Below are positions 52,401 through 63,009 of a DNA stretch of 64,000 nt, in pieces. The stretch comes from Trichoplax sp. H2. Taxonomy: Eukaryota. Numbering within the stretch: position 1 is the stretch's first letter; each line of letters opens with the position of its first letter. The notes under the pieces were generated by a model. It searched no databases, was not told the origin of the DNA, and saw nothing but the letters and a program-made list of their open reading frames with translations. Both the position numbers and the translations under genes were made by a program. The stretch is from contig NOWV01000283.1 of assembly GCA_003344405.1 (NCBI GenBank), positions 1 through 64,000 of the forward strand. The letters are read 5' to 3'.

Positions 52401-53508
52401 CTTCTTCGTGCTTTCCCTGGCCGCTATAGACCATTCCCAAGTTATTATATGTTTTGGCAACGTCAGGATGATTGTAGCCAAGGGCTGCTAATCGAATTTT
52501 TAGCGATTTCTCATGCACAGTTAGAGCCTCATCGTACTTTCCCTGATCACAATATGCAATTCCCATGTTTGTATAGGAGGTTGCAACATCTGCATGATCG
52601 GGACTATGAACTGATAATCGAATTTGCAGTGAGTTTTGATGCATACTAACGGCCTCTTCATGCTTCCCTTGATCATTACAAACTATTCCTAAGTTATTAT
52701 ATGAATGAGCGACATCAGAATGATTGCGACCAAAAACTGATAGTCGAATTTTTAGCGACTTCTCATACATTGAAATAGCTTCATCGAACTTGCTTTGATT
52801 TCTATACACAGTACCAATATTACTATATGATGTGGCAACATCGGGATGATTATGTCCAAGAGCTGAAAGTCGAATTTGAAGCGATTTTTCATGCATCCTG
52901 TAAGCCTCTTCATACTTGCTCTGATCATGATAAATGCTCCCAATGTTGTAATAAGATTGTGCAACATTAAGATGATTGTGACCGAGAACTGATAACTGAA
53001 TTTTGACTAACTTCTCAAATATAGAGAGAGCCTCATTGCGTCTACCTAAGGCTTGATAAACAACCCCGATCTGATTATACGAATTGCTAATACTTTTATT
53101 ATCCTTGTCCGAACAATTCAATTTCATATCCAGCGATTCCATATAATCTTTTAAAGCTCCATCCCAGTCTCGCTGTGATCGTTTTATGTCGCCTTGTCTA
53201 TCTAAACATTGAGTAATCAGAATCACTTCCTGGATCTTTTCCGCTACTTTTTGTGCATTTTTATTGAATTTTGCTGCTTCCATCCATTTAGTTCGCTTCA
53301 TACAGACGTCAGCAGTAAGAAAATAAACATTGTATCTGAATCGATCTTCAATAGTAGTATCATCGACTACCGCCTGAATTTTATCTAACACTTGTGTATA
53401 ATAGGACATCGCTTCGTTAAGATTGCCCGATTGATGATTTTCTACACCCTCTCGGTAAAGAGATTTTACATATTCAGGTATAAGAAACTTGGCCAATGGA
53501 TTATCCAT
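49435..53508 (-). CDS. TPR-repeat protein 4 (1357 aa, about 29 highly similar 42-aa/126-bp units)
   Basis: Uninterrupted ORF with consensus LGHNHPDVAxSYxNIGxVYxxQGKYDEAxSMYEKSLKIxLSV. DNA periodicity is visible, e.g. AATATCGGGATGATT at 51451 and 52081 (630 = 5 x 126). Confidence 0.95.
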   Translation of the reverse strand: MDNPLAKFLIPEYVKSLYREGVENHQSGNLNEAMSYYTQVLDKIQAVVDDTTIEDRFRYNVYFLTADVCMKRTKWMEAAKFNKNAQKVAEKIQEVILITQCLDRQGDIKRSQRDWDGALKDYMESLDMKLNCSDKDNKSISNSYNQIGVVYQALGRRNEALSIFEKLVKIQLSVLGHNHLNVAQSYYNIGSIYHDQSKYEEAYRMHEKSLQIRLSALGHNHPDVATSYSNIGTVYRNQSKFDEAISMYEKSLKIRLSVFGRNHSDVAHSYNNLGIVCNDQGKHEEAVSMHQNSLQIRLSVHSPDHADVATSYTNMGIAYCDQGKYDEALTVHEKSLKIRLAALGYNHPDVAKTYNNLGMVYSGQGKHEEAISMYQKSLEIRLLVLDDNHPDVAQSYDNIATIHFDQGKHIEALSIYEKSLEIRLSALGHNHLHVANSYHNIASIFSAQSKHDEAICMYDKALQIMFLVLCHNHPDIATCYSNMGSVYSNQGKYDEALSMFEKSLKIKLLHLGHDHPGVAALYYNMGNVHRKQGKPDEALSLYEKSLHIQLSVFGPNHIDVASSYNNIAAVYIHQGKYDEALSLLEKSLKIRLLVLDHDHLDVAQSYNDIGAVYYMQSKHQDAINMTEKALQIKLSIFGHNHREIAKSYVNIAAIYSDLGKYNEAISMYEKSLKIQVSLLGHNHPDITYVYTNIGIVYYHQGKYKEALSMHEKSLSIQISALGRNHPHVAKSYGSIGHIHCIQGKYDEALSMYEKSLHIHLSVFGYNHPSVANSYNNIGLVYKNQCKYEEAICQYEKSIEVQLSILGHNHRDVAASYANIGQVYFQQSKYNEAIAMYKKSLKIQLLVFDGDHIEIASIYQSMGQAYSRQGKHQEAISMHDKSLKMKLSLVGHNHSQVAHSYMAMGNVYSHQGKYEEAISMYKNSLQIQLSIHGNDHLEIAGLYNNIGEIYDHQGNHQEALTMHKKSLKIKLSTLDCNHPEIAISYINIGVAYNNQGKFDEALSLFAKSLKIQLSVLGHNHPDVATSYNNMGIAHRNNGKYDEAICMYEKSLKIRLSVLSHNHSDVAKLYNDMGNAYGDQGKYDEAISMLKRSLEIQISVLGHDHSDVAKSYNSIGAMYNLQSKKEEAISMYEKSLKIELSMLEQNQSNNAQSYNNIGDAYSAQGKHDEAISMYKKSLEIRLSVLGNNHPDVAELYNNIGTVYYDQGHYEDAISTFEQSLKIQLSIPGYNYRDVAALYNNIGKGYSDQGKYEEALIMHEKSLKIQLSALDRNHPDIAGSYKNMGAVYRNQGKFNEALSMYQKSLKIQLLALDHNHPDIGNSYENIRKVYDDQGKHEQAHKMYEKSHKTDYHNYLDDVQS

Positions 53509-54599
53509 GACTCCAAATCGGAAGAAGTTGATAAATGTGGGGTTAAAATAGTATTAAGTGAATCAAGGATTTAAATTGTAACTTCTATGGGAGTAAGATG
53601 AAAATTGCGCCTGGCCCGGTACAAAAAAAAATGGCTTCTATCTACGTTACGAAAATTAATCAGCCTGATCATCGCTTGAAGACTGTACCATATGGACTGT
53701 ACAAATATAACAACTGTTGGCTCTATGCCTATGACAGCAGTAATTTATCTAGTTCCTTGTTAGATTCTATCAGTGATCGGATCAAAGGAATGCAATCTCA
53801 ATTATATACTAGCTTACAATTAACATAATGTGAATAGAATAATAAAGAAAAATTTGCATACCACTATGCATACTTGCTGTAAATTAAAAGGCTACATGTC
53901 AATTCTTATTCCATCCATTGCTACTAAAAATGTCACGATAATTTCCATCATCATCTTATTTTATTATTGGACAAGCCAAAAAATAGATGAAATACTTGGA
54001 CTTTCAACTAGTAAATTTAAATTAAATAATTCATGATAATCTAGAACGTTCATTACTACTGTCATAGTTTCGTCTTATAACGCTTCATTTAAAGCAAAGT
54101 TTCGCATGCTAATGATCTCAGAGATATAAACGCTGTAGATAATATTATGTATGAGTATGATTATTTCTTTATTAGAATAAATTGTGCCTCCAAATATTGA
54201 TAAATTAGCATACAGGTTGAGTAGTGTCCATTTATTTAATTATCGTAAAATGTAGCAAATATTGCATCATACTCTACTTATTGTACATTGATACAGGCAG
54301 AAAATAAAATTAAGAATTCTTCTTGGTAGAGACTTTTGAATCTAAAATTGACAGCTTTTTAATCTTAATGTAACAGAAGTAATTGTTACATTTCGTGATA
54401 TGAGAAGTATTTAAACTTAAATTTATATCTTTATCGACGTAGTCAATGTCCATGATCATTTTAATAAAGATTTATAATTCAATTTAATGAAACTGTCGTA
54501 TTGAATGGTAGTTATACTGTATGCTAGCTAATGATAGCAACTTTATCATACAATTATCACAATATCTAATATCGAATAGCTATCATTGACTTCAAATTT

Positions 54600-55215
54600 T
54601 AAAATTTCCAGCGTTCCTTGTTATAGGTCTGAGCAATATCAGGATGAGGATGGCCTAACACTTGTAATTAAATTTTCAGTGATTTTTCATATATGGAAAG
54701 AGCTTCTACATGCTTCTTCTGCTCTATATAAGCAGCTCCCAAATTGTTATAGCTAGGAATAGTCAGGATGATGGTAGCCAAGAATCAAGAACTGAATCTT
54801 ACGCGACTTTTCATACATTAAAAATAGCTTTGTCGTATTTGCCTTGATTATGGTAGATCTTTCCAATGTTGTTATAAGATTGTACGACTTCGAGATGATT
54901 ATGGCCAAGAACAGAAAATTTGATATCGAGTGATTTCTCATAAATGGAATAGCTTCTTCATGCTTGTTCTGATTCTTATATGCATCTCCTATTTTCTCGT
55001 ACAATTCTGTAACGTCGAGGTGATTATGGCCAAGCGCAGATAATTTGATTTTGAATGATTTTTTATCGGTAGAAATAGCCTCTCCACGTTTAATTAGATT
55101 CTTATGCCCATCTTCCATGTTCTCAAGTAATTTGGCAATGTTGAAATGATTACCACTAGGAACTGATAATTGAATCTTGAGTGATTTCTCATAGGTACAG
55201 TAGAGAGAGCCTCAT
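54600..55215 (-). pseudogene. Frameshifted TPR pseudogene fragment of the gene-4 type
   Basis: Several repeats (KIKLSALGHNHLDVTELYEKIG, YEKSRKIQFLILGYHHPD, LGHPHPDIAQTYN) interrupted by frameshifts and stops. Confidence 0.85.
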
Positions 55216-55292
55216 TATATACTGTATATCTGAGGCTGCTAAAATAACTCGGAACAGCAACGGTTCATTTTGATCATGTCATAGTCCAAGCA

Positions 55293-55483
55293 TTCATTTT
55301 AATGATGTCGTAGTGCGCAAAGAAAAATAGAATGGAAATAGCATAATAAATTACATATAAGAATTTAAGGAAAATTAGTACAAGGGTTTATTTTGATGAT
55401 GCCATAGTGCACATATTTATTTTCATGCAGGAAAAGGGATGGAAATAGCATACAAACTCCATATAAGAATTTAAGGGAAATAT
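55293..55483. repeat. Short diverged direct repeat (about 85-95 bp, two copies)
   Basis: ATGATG.C.TAGTGC.CA, ATGGAAATAGCATA and CATATAAGAATTTAAGG each occur twice in the same order. Confidence 0.75.
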
Positions 55484-56623
55484 ACACTTTACTCCCATTA
55501 AATACTGCAAAATTACACAATTCCATATAAAACGATGTTAGTCTTATATAGCCATAATATTTGTAAATGTTATGCCAATTAATGTGATAACACAGTAGAG
55601 TATGTGTCATTTCCATTAAAATATACTTTGTTATTAATTATGATCATAATTAATGTTTTCATCATAAATAATTTTCGAAATTAAAATAAGTGAGCTATCG
55701 ATTTGAACTAATATTAAAATTTTAATATTGTATTATTTCAACTCAAGTTGATTGTATTCATTTGACCCTTTCAGCAGTTATTTGAATGATATTTCGGCTA
55801 AAACTGGCCGATCTTCGCTCTTAAAATAGTATAAAAATTTAATTTTTGTTTCTATTTACTTCCAAATAATCTTGAATTTTGTGCTGCAATCATGGAACCA
55901 TCTTAACCGATAATCTAATATCTAGCAAAGCTTAAGCTTAGCTAGATTAGGTGTGTTTATAACCCTGAATGGGAGTGAATAGGCTTTGATTCCGAATTCA
56001 ATAGAGATTCATGATTTCACCTTGACCTCTTTCCATCATGCGATCTAGCGCATAGATTATTCTACTGGAAGAGAATGCTATAAAAAAAAAGTAAGCAAGC
56101 CATAGTGAGCCCTGGATAAAAGTAATCTTGCATAAAATAATATATAGGTAAGGCCTGATTATTTTTCCTCTCGATATTAAAAGAATTTTAAGGTCTTCTG
56201 TGGAGGCGATTTCCAATTATACTGTCGGGTATCAAGTTATCGAAAGATCTTGGAGATTATCAGCTAGAATTTATCCTATTCGCCCTTGTGATCTAGATTA
56301 TCTGACTTCTTCTCTTCATCATCATCCAAATCTCTGAAAATCAAGGCAGTCAACGCTACCTACTTCAGTTAATGACTACTAGGGTAGATCTAACTTTGAT
56401 ACCACTAATTTTCTCTCACTCTCTCCCTTACTATTTCTTGGTATCAGTGTCTCTAAAATCTTTACACGATCATTTCATCTAGTAATGACATCAACTCTTG
56501 CTCTCTCTATAAATTAATATCGCTAAAGTTAAGTTCTTCATCAATATTAAGTGAAATAGTCTATCCATTTATGTCATCTTGTACACTTTGATACTTCTAA
56601 TTCCAAAAACAAACCAAGTGAAA

Positions 56624-58741
56624 ATGGCCGAACATACTATCGACTACCCAAAATCGACAATCGATAAAATTAAATCCATTCATAAAGCTGGCTTAAAAGA
56701 ACATTATATTGGATTGTCTCAAAAAGCTCTAAACAACTATAACAGAGCAATAAAGTTAATTGATGAGCTAAAAAATCAAGATTCCATTCAAACTGAGCTC
56801 TTATTTGATATCTATCTGGATATTTCAGCGGTTTATTGTTCACAGGAAGAATATTCATTGGCAACAGATTACGTAGATCGAGCACGTCAATTAGCTGAAA
56901 AATTATTTGATCAGCTTCGAATCGCTAAATGCGTAGACAATTATGGATGTATTAAGTTAGGCAGGTGTATGTATGACGATGCATTGCAAGATTTCAATCA
57001 AGCTTTGCGGGTAAAATTGGATATTTTGGGTGATCATAATCTCGATATTGCTACAACATATCATAACATGGGAGATGCTTACTATTTTCGAAAGGAAAAA
57101 GAACAGGGGGTAAAGATGTATGAAAAAGCTCTAAAAATACGGCAAGAAATATTAGGAAATAAGTCTTTAGAAGTTGCAGATTTATATGAAGATATAGGAC
57201 TGGCACTTTTTGATGCCAAAGAACCCGATACTGAAGACCGCGTTTTGCCTTTATTTCAACAAAATTTAGATATTCGATTAGAAGTTTTAGGAAATCACAA
57301 TAACGCCATCGCAAGATCTTATCATAACTTTGCTTGGATGTACTATAAGCTAGGCCGTTATGAAAAGGCTATACCGATGTATCAAAAGAGTCTCGCTATC
57401 AAACTAGAAATATTAGGAAATAAGCATTTAGATGTTTCTCATATCTACAACATGCTTGGCACAATCTATTATAATCAATCCAAGTATGATCAAGCAATAG
57501 TAATGTTGCAAGAATATTTAAAATCAGAGCAAGACAATGATGAAACTGATGTCAAGAAAATGAATGGAGTCTGCTACAAGTTAGGAATCTCTTATGCAAA
57601 ATTAAATCAGTATGATAAAGCTATAACAACATTACAAAAATGCTGCCATTCTAAGCAAGAATTGTTGGGCAAAAGTAATTTGGAGGTTGCAAATTTATTA
57701 TATGAAATTGCCACTGCTTACTGGAATAAAAATGATTATGATCTGGCCAGATCCACCTATCAAGATTGCTTAACTATTAAATTAGATATCATTGGAAAGA
57801 AGGATGCCGAAATCGCTAATCTTTATTATCGTATAGGAAATACTTACTATCTGCAATCTAAACGTGATGATGCGTTAAAAATGTACCAGGAATGCTTTAC
57901 TATTCAGCAAGAGGTATTGAATGATCATGATCTAGAAATTGCAGAAACGTATAAGTGTATAGGACGTATCTATGCTGAGCAATTACATTATGAAGATGCT
58001 ATTTTAATGCATCGAAAATGTTTAGATATTCAATTAAAAAAGTTGGAGGGTGATAATGAAAATATAGCAATAACATACGAAAATATGGCTCAATGTTACG
58101 ATGATATGATGGATTGTAAAAATGCTCTATTTATGTATCAGAATTGTGTAAATATTCAACAAAAACTATTTGGAGAACATAGCTTGCAAGTCTTAAAATC
58201 TTATCATCATATGGCTGTCCTGTATTTTAAAGGAAAAAATTACAAGGATACACTTTCAACGTTGCAAAAGATGGAAGAATGCTTACAAGAAAATCCCCAT
58301 GATCAAGAAGCAGCTGACCTATATGCTGACTTTGGTCACTATTATACTAGGCTCTCGCAATATGAAAATGCTCTTGAATACTATCAAAAGGGCTTAGCAA
58401 TTCACCAGAAAATGTCCGATGCCAATAAATTACATATTGCAGAATGTTATGAAGATATTGCAAACACCTTTACCAAATTATCCAAATATGATAAAGCAAT
58501 CGATATGCATCAGAAATGTTTAGCAATTCGCTTGCAGTCTGCAGAGGACAAACGCAATAATTCAGAAATTATCAAATCCTATAACTCCCTCGTCGAAATT
58601 CATACTCAGCAAGAGAATAATGACAAAGCTCAAGATATGCAGGAGAAGTGCCTAAATTTTAAGAAGAAAGTAAAAGGAGAGAAGAATTGCAAGGGTATGT
58701 ATCGCCAACTCATTGTAGCGATCGAGATGCCAATAGGGTAG
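56624..58741 (+). CDS. TPR-repeat protein 5, shorter paralog of gene 3
   Basis: ORF 56579-58741 begins at TTG; first ATG is 56624. Colinear with gene 3 (QKALxNYNxAxKLI, DQLRIA, RKCLDIQLxKL) but ends about 270 aa earlier. Possible donor G|GTATGT at 58695 and tail exon 58931-58965. Confidence 0.9.
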   Translation: MAEHTIDYPKSTIDKIKSIHKAGLKEHYIGLSQKALNNYNRAIKLIDELKNQDSIQTELLFDIYLDISAVYCSQEEYSLATDYVDRARQLAEKLFDQLRIAKCVDNYGCIKLGRCMYDDALQDFNQALRVKLDILGDHNLDIATTYHNMGDAYYFRKEKEQGVKMYEKALKIRQEILGNKSLEVADLYEDIGLALFDAKEPDTEDRVLPLFQQNLDIRLEVLGNHNNAIARSYHNFAWMYYKLGRYEKAIPMYQKSLAIKLEILGNKHLDVSHIYNMLGTIYYNQSKYDQAIVMLQEYLKSEQDNDETDVKKMNGVCYKLGISYAKLNQYDKAITTLQKCCHSKQELLGKSNLEVANLLYEIATAYWNKNDYDLARSTYQDCLTIKLDIIGKKDAEIANLYYRIGNTYYLQSKRDDALKMYQECFTIQQEVLNDHDLEIAETYKCIGRIYAEQLHYEDAILMHRKCLDIQLKKLEGDNENIAITYENMAQCYDDMMDCKNALFMYQNCVNIQQKLFGEHSLQVLKSYHHMAVLYFKGKNYKDTLSTLQKMEECLQENPHDQEAADLYADFGHYYTRLSQYENALEYYQKGLAIHQKMSDANKLHIAECYEDIANTFTKLSKYDKAIDMHQKCLAIRLQSAEDKRNNSEIIKSYNSLVEIHTQQENNDKAQDMQEKCLNFKKKVKGEKNCKGMYRQLIVAIEMPIG

Positions 58742-61006
58742 ATATTAATCAACTTGCGTTAATATTCCTTTGACCATCTGGGTTTGATTTACGATAAACT
58801 ACTAAGATAGCTAAAGAGTGCTTGTAATTTTTACAAGGTCTGAGACCGCATTTTGTTGCAAGAAAATATATAGATAGTTTCTATTAAATGGAGTAATAGT
58901 ATTTTTCTAATAGTAAATACCTTTTTACAGATACTGCAAGGCCTATTAGTTTAGAGATATTTTAGGCTAGCCAGATGACTCAAGAACACCGACAACGGAT
59001 ACAGGAAAATTGATTCTGTTAATTAATTCTACTTCATAGAAGTATTAGTTATAGCCTATTTAATAGACAGTAAAGAGATAGAAAAAATTTTACAGCACTA
59101 TTCCATCATAATTTAAAACTATAAGCAGCGGATAAAACATTCGCGATTTGTTAACATACTCGTATAAAGAATTTCATATGTTTAATTTTCGTGCAGATTT
59201 ACTGTTTTTTCGTTATTAAATTAATAATAAGTTGAAGGGCGACACTGATCTTAGGTATTTTCCGATATTAGAATACCACATATCCACCAAGGACTTAAAA
59301 ATTATATAGGCTGATTCAAATCTTAGTATTTCTTTATCGTTTAGAGAAGATTGCAGATACTCTAGTAGTGACATCATTAGAATCAAAAATGAAATAGATT
59401 GAATAAATTGAGAAATAGTTTAGACTGATGCTATTGATGTTCTTTTAATTGGAAGATACAGCGAAAATTGCAAGAGCTTTTGTATTAACATTGATGTTCT
59501 GCCCTTGTATCAAATAGTTGGTAATTAATAAATTATTTAAAATGCTGAAAACACACGGTAGTAATGACCTTAATTTTTAAAGTATAAGATAATTTACTCT
59601 AATCAGGTAAGCTCCGTATGCAAACAGTAGGACTATTTCATTCTATGTCTATATTTAAAAGTAAAGAAAGAACTTATGAACCTGAATTATTTACTTGTAC
59701 TTATTATATATCATGCACAGCATCTAAAATGGTATAGTAGTCCTGGCAGCGACAAAATTGTAAAGGCCCACGTTTGAAAATAAGTTTGCATTTACCGTTT
59801 ATTGTATACCTTATTCCAATAAAAATATATCCTTAATCTGATTTAGGGATAGTTACTGATACATCCCCATTCTATAGCATAATACTCATATCTCTTTGTG
59901 GTCACACAGAGAAGATAAAAAAGCTCTAATACTGATATGTTGCATCAGATTGATTCTATTAATTATTCGATGTATCATTTAAATTATGAATGGAAATGAA
60001 CATATAGATACCAAAAACAAGCTGGCTTAATATCCAATATCTGAAAGTTGTACGAATTTTGATCAAAATTTCAAAGTCCGTCGAGTAAAATGGATTAAGC
60101 TTTTCGAGAACTGATATTAAATCAATCTCTTCTACTTTACTAATTGATTCTCATCAATGTTATTACATTCATTTAGCCTATCCAATTTTAGTTTAATATC
60201 TTTATTCCATCGCAGGCTAAACATAAGTTCGAATTATTTTATCATTCATCCTTGAACAACTCATTACTAACTAGGATGTACAGATAGAAAGAAGTAAGAT
60301 ACTCTTCATTTTATCTATCCACAGGTTCAGCAGGACAGAGCATGCAGAGTTGAAGTAGAATATAGATTTAATCCAATATGCATTATTAATACCTACGAAA
60401 ATAGACGTAGATTTCATTGCTTATTTATAACAAGCCAATCATTTATTCTACTGCGTGCGAATTTTCCATCATTCTTGACATTGCTAGTAGTAAGCATTCA
60501 CATTTCTGTACTGTACATTCAACGCTTCTATCCTTTGGTAAAAAAGATCGAGTGAGGAAGTATCGGCCGAGAGCAAATAGGGACTCATTATCATATGAAT
60601 GATTTCTACCCTTATATAGCTTTTCATCACAGCACATGATATTATCGTCATTAATTACATTATGAATCAAATCATGAATAATTCATTTTATAGAATTTCC
60701 ATGTTGGCATTATTCCAAATAAGTTATGTAGAATAGAATCCGGTCTGTGCTTCTGTGTTAGCTGTAAATAGGAGATCGATTTTGGATACAGAGTAGTACA
60801 GGTCCAAGTCCTAAACTAAGAGCAGTAAATAATAAGAGCTTGCTTGGACGAATTTGAGCTCATTTTCAAATCTCTTCGCATCGATCTATTTGATTTTTAA
60901 TTAAAATTGATACTCTTACAATTAGAATACAACGCCATATTGCTATCAATTATCTAAATCTACTCGTACTACTATTGAAATTATTAATCTAAAGAGATCG
61001 TTAAAG

Positions 61007-61792
61007 ATGTCAGCTGCAGCTAATCAGTTGCAAGATTCCACTAAAGATTGTCAATCAGTTGATGAAGAATTTACATCCAAGGTTGAATCATACAAGGAAG
61101 AAGCCGAAAAAGCCAAAAATGAAGGAAAATTCAACGAAGAAATTGCCTGCTATGAAAAGATTCTAACGATGATTGATGAAGCGACAGTTAATGATCCTAC
61201 GTTACCTGATTTAAAATGTGAAACTTACTTACTCATGGCAGCTAGATATCGAAATCGTCGACAATTTGCAGCAGCACTGGAATACTGCGATAAAACTGAA
61301 CAAATTGCTGAAAGAACAAGCATTAAAATTCGTATCTCTGAAGCTTATGATTGTCGAGGCTCTATCTTATGTGAAGAAGGGTCGCTTGATGCAGCAGTAG
61401 ATGACTTTCATAAAGCTGAGAAATTGAAAAAAGAATTTATGTCCGAAGATGATCCACGTGTTGCTCAAACTTATGATGGATTAGGGTGGACTTATCGACA
61501 ACAAGGAAAATTGCAACTAGCCATCGATACTTATAAGAAAGCTCTGAAAATAAGACTGGAGGCTGGCTCCAACGGTATGCTCATTGCTGTTATGTATACC
61601 TTACTGTCAGACATTTATGCCAAGCAAGAAAATTATGAAGAAGCTGTCACTGCAGCATTAGAATCACTTAAAATTAAGAAATCACTTTTTGGTGATGACT
61701 TTCCAAATAAGCAAGACGAACTTCGAGATATTGCAGCCTTATACTTTAAATTAGGCAAAGCCAAAGAAGCAATGGAAATATTGTCATCCTAA
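61007..61792 (+). CDS. Short TPR protein 6 (261 aa), N-cap plus about 3 repeats
   Basis: Family-type cap (DLKCETYL..RISEAYD.RG) followed by VAQTYDGLGWTYRQQGKLQLAIDTYKKALKIRL. Confidence 0.85.
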   Translation: MSAAANQLQDSTKDCQSVDEEFTSKVESYKEEAEKAKNEGKFNEEIACYEKILTMIDEATVNDPTLPDLKCETYLLMAARYRNRRQFAAALEYCDKTEQIAERTSIKIRISEAYDCRGSILCEEGSLDAAVDDFHKAEKLKKEFMSEDDPRVAQTYDGLGWTYRQQGKLQLAIDTYKKALKIRLEAGSNGMLIAVMYTLLSDIYAKQENYEEAVTAALESLKIKKSLFGDDFPNKQDELRDIAALYFKLGKAKEAMEILSS

Positions 61793-61996
61793 GAAATCGT
61801 AAAATCTGAATTTTCTGAGGTGTATGGTACTATGTAACTTTACATTGGTAGAGAAATTATTATTGAAAGGACATTAACCATTTGTATTGAAGCTGCTAGA
61901 CAAGTTATTATTGTCAATATGTTATGTAGAGGTACTGTAAATCAGATATAACTGGAAAATAATACCAAATCTAGAGATGTGGATAATAATTATAAG

Positions 61997-62079
61997 AAAT
62001 GTACTTATAAATACTTGTAAATGTACTTATAAATAACTTGTAAATGTACCTATAAAGTACTTATAAATGTGCTTATAAG
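61997..62079. repeat. Imperfect minisatellite (about 10-12 bp unit, AAATGTACTTAT)
   Basis: About seven variants such as AAATGTACTTAT, AAATACTTGT, AAATGTACCTAT, AAAGTACTTAT, AAATGTGCTTAT. Confidence 0.8.
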
Positions 62080-63009
62080 TATCTTAGTAAAATTTATGAT
62101 AGTTCAAGTATGTTAATTTCAGCTTCGTAGAAATTAATATTAATGATAGGATTTCGCTCTCATATTGAGCTCTGCAAGTATTATATGAAGTTGTTCGTAA
62201 TCTTATGTTATAAACGAGTTAGGTAACGTATTTAAGCAGTCATATTTTTTTCTTCTTATTGTTCTTAGTCCTTCTTTTCTAAGACCTGCTCCTGGGAGAA
62301 GTTTTTCTTTATCTGCTAGAGCTAATTCTCTTTTTACAAAGTTTTTCAATCCTTAGAGATTCAGTAATAAAATCGGCTGTATGATCGTATGCTGAGTGAA
62401 GTTAGTTAAAGAGGTTTTGCTATACAACCGCATGCTCTCTTTAAGTGGTATACAAGCTTATACAAGCTTATAGCATTCCATATCAAGCTGAGAACTAGTT
62501 CAGCAGAGGATTTGCGACTTGCAAAGGGATAGATTACAAACGCAAGCTGATACTAAATTTCTGCATTGCAATCTAATCAATTTTCTATTAACATATATAT
62601 TGAACGTATATATATATACATAGAGAGAGAGAGAAATGGATCTTAATAAATAGATGCAGCACTAATTGAATCCGATGAATTCGCTCATTTAATGTATCAT
62701 GTGAATGCCGATTTATTGCGCAGGAATGGTACATTTTGTCTATGGCCTACACACAGCAAAATATATTTGATTTGTTAAGTATTTTGTCAGAAAAGAAGCT
62801 ACATTTACTAATTAATTCAGTCAGTCTCTGCTATTGAGATAAAAATAGACATTTTCATCTCTATCGTTCCTTCTATATGAAGGCGGTTGATTTTAATGTT
62901 TGTATAGAATACGTGTATGCTAGATTATATTGCAATATTTCCCATCGAAATAATTTTCTGACGCCCTTAAAATAACTGAAATCTGGTTATGCATAATTCT
63001 GTTAAAAAT

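Noticed and set aside
49347..52967. Series of mutually similar short ORFs in an alternative frame of TPR gene 4
   Set aside because: Their similarity is a by-product of the 126-bp repeat; the frame is repeatedly interrupted by stops.
61997..62079. Short repeats as a CRISPR-like array
   Set aside because: No unique spacers, units vary, and the context is eukaryotic with no cas genes.
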